Assembly: GCF_018977255.1 (NCBI RefSeq)
Contig: NW_024704766.1
Location: forward strand, 3,100,001 to 3,164,000
DNA from: Callorhinchus milii
Lineage: Eukaryota
Length of the DNA: 64,000 nt
Direction: 5' to 3'
The notes under the pieces were generated by a model. That model was given only the letters and a program-made list of their open reading frames with translations. It was not told the DNA's origin and did no database searches. Below are positions 62,466 to 64,000 of the stretch, in pieces; position 1 is the first letter of the stretch, and every line of letters starts with the position of its first letter. Both the position numbers and the translations under genes were made by a program.

Positions 62466-63049
62466 ATTAGATCTTTCTCTACGTACAGCCTTGAAGTGAA
62501 TGACCAATTATATCTGGGGGAATTTTTAGCGCACCAGGTAAAACTCACTTTCGATTAGTATAATGAGATCTTTAACGTCTACCTGAACAGGTACAAACAG
62601 GACCCTGGATTAACGTCTCAAAGCAAGGATACCTATTCCAGACTTGCTTGGGTGTCAGCCAGCTCAGTGTAACCTCGTTGCCTTTGAATGAGACTGTTGT
62701 TGTTTCAAACCCTATGTTAAAACTTCAAAAGCTAATACGATTTATATTTCTATAGCACCTTTCATCTCAGGAAGCTGTCTCCATCATCTTTATATTACTT
62801 TCTTGGCACCTGAGCTTGTTGGTGGTTGCTGAAAAGGATGGAAAGATGTTCAAAAGTCTTATTATTACCCATCTTCAATACTATTGTGACACAAAGACTT
62901 TATTAGATTTTTTACTTTTATACATTGTAATTGTAACGCACATTGCGAGGTTTCTGAATTCTTTCAAGATCTCTGCACTTTTAAAATGTCTCTCAAATTT
63001 CACTTCACTTAAGCAACATTAGAACCGTAGACCTTTACTCCGCCAAAGA

Positions 63050-63420
63050 AAGCTTTCTGGCACGTCTCAAAGCACTTCACGGAGGTTTTCTAAAGAGTGT
63101 GGTGACTGTAATGTGTAAGCAAAAGCAGAAGCTATTTGCACACAGCCATGTCCCATAAACAACTGTGAAGTGAGCGACCAATTTTATCCTGACTGCTTAC
63201 TCTCCAAGAGACCGAAAGAAACTCAATTCTCTTTACAACCAGTGCCATGGAATCTTTAACGACCATCTGATTCTGGCAGATGGGACTTCGTTTCAATGTC
63301 TCATTCAGTGGACAGCACCTCCGACAATCCCCCAGCACTGTACTGGACTTTCAGCCTAGACTATGATTTCATAGTCTCAGAATGGGGCTTGAACCCACCA
63401 TATTGCAAAGCCGCGTGAGG
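63050..63420 (-). mobile_element. Type B Deu-SINE
   Basis: Reverse complement of tail, Deu body and head (ggggcttgaacccac). Confidence 0.8.
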
Positions 63421-63442
63421 GCATGTGGGTGAGAAAAGATCG

Positions 63443-63795
63443 TCTTAGGTGCTGTCCTCGGATGATACTCTAAACCAAGGTGCCGTCTGCCTGTTGGGAT
63501 GGGCACTGAAGATCCCACGGTGCTATTTGAGAAGTGAAGGGAGTTTCTCTCAGTGTCGTGGCCAATAATCCCCCAAAATATGATTGTCCATTTGGTTCGT
63601 GGCTGTTTGTGGGACGTTGTTGTGTGCAAATCTGCTGATGGGACGTCTCTCCCGACGTGAAAAGCGTGACACAAGTGTAATTTGTTGTCGTCGTTGCGTT
63701 CACCTTCACAGTCACTACACTTTACAGTAAGCCTCAGTGAAGTCACTTTTGAGTCGTTTGGGCGATGTAGTAAATGTCTAGATTAAATCTAAATA
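63443..63795 (+). mobile_element. Type B Deu-SINE with a nested L2 tail (about 63640-63697)
   Basis: Deu body aaaccaaggtgccgtctgcctgtt...gaagatcccacggtgctatttg, interrupted by gggacgtctctcccgacgtgaaag...gtaatttgttgtcgtcgttg. Confidence 0.8.
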
Positions 63796-64000
63796 AATGC
63801 AACGTGACTTCGAAAACAAGTGACTAACTTATAAACAAACATCAGACATTATAATAGGGTAAAGGGGCATTCCTTCCAATCAAAAATTTTCGACATTAAA
63901 GGCTTTACATTAAATATATTAGGATTATTTTTATTATTATTAATAATAACCGGCTTTGAAGTTGATAATTAGCTTTGAAGCTCCAACGCCAACCGAAATG

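Noticed and set aside
1-64000. Dozens of recurring near-identical motifs (gtgaagcgctttgagacgtctc...) as a CRISPR-like or regulatory array
   Set aside because: Spacing is irregular, copies occur on both strands with variable 5' truncation and microsatellite tails, and there are no cas genes. These are SINE/LINE ends.

Overview
This is eukaryotic, vertebrate-type genomic DNA with no long ORFs, operons, rRNA or CRISPR arrays. The repeat content suggests a cartilaginous fish, possibly a chimaera/elephant shark (inference). A retroposon fragment occurs roughly every 1 kb. Four classes dominate: (i) a tRNA-headed Deu-domain SINE (called type B here, SacSINE1/AmnSINE1-like); (ii) a tRNA-headed SINE joining a CORE(MIR)-like block to the 3' half of the Deu domain (type A); (iii) 3' ends of L2 LINEs, which share a terminal stem-loop with both SINEs; (iv) 3' ends and RT fragments of CR1 LINEs. 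There is also one short RT relic from a different non-LTR clade (34.3 kb). Nearly all ORF-track entries are repeat-derived or chance ORFs, and I recognise no known protein-coding gene. A set of minus-strand candidate exons can be chained in phase at 42-47 kb, at low confidence. Other observations are three old 1.8-2.7 kb-offset local duplications, fold-back SINE junctions, a motif-dense promoter-like island at 23.0 kb, and many repeat-free islands rich in homeodomain motifs that look like conserved non-coding elements. I see no convincing evidence of a new biological system. Repeat boundaries were set by eye (about +/-20 bp) and the repeat list is representative, not exhaustive.
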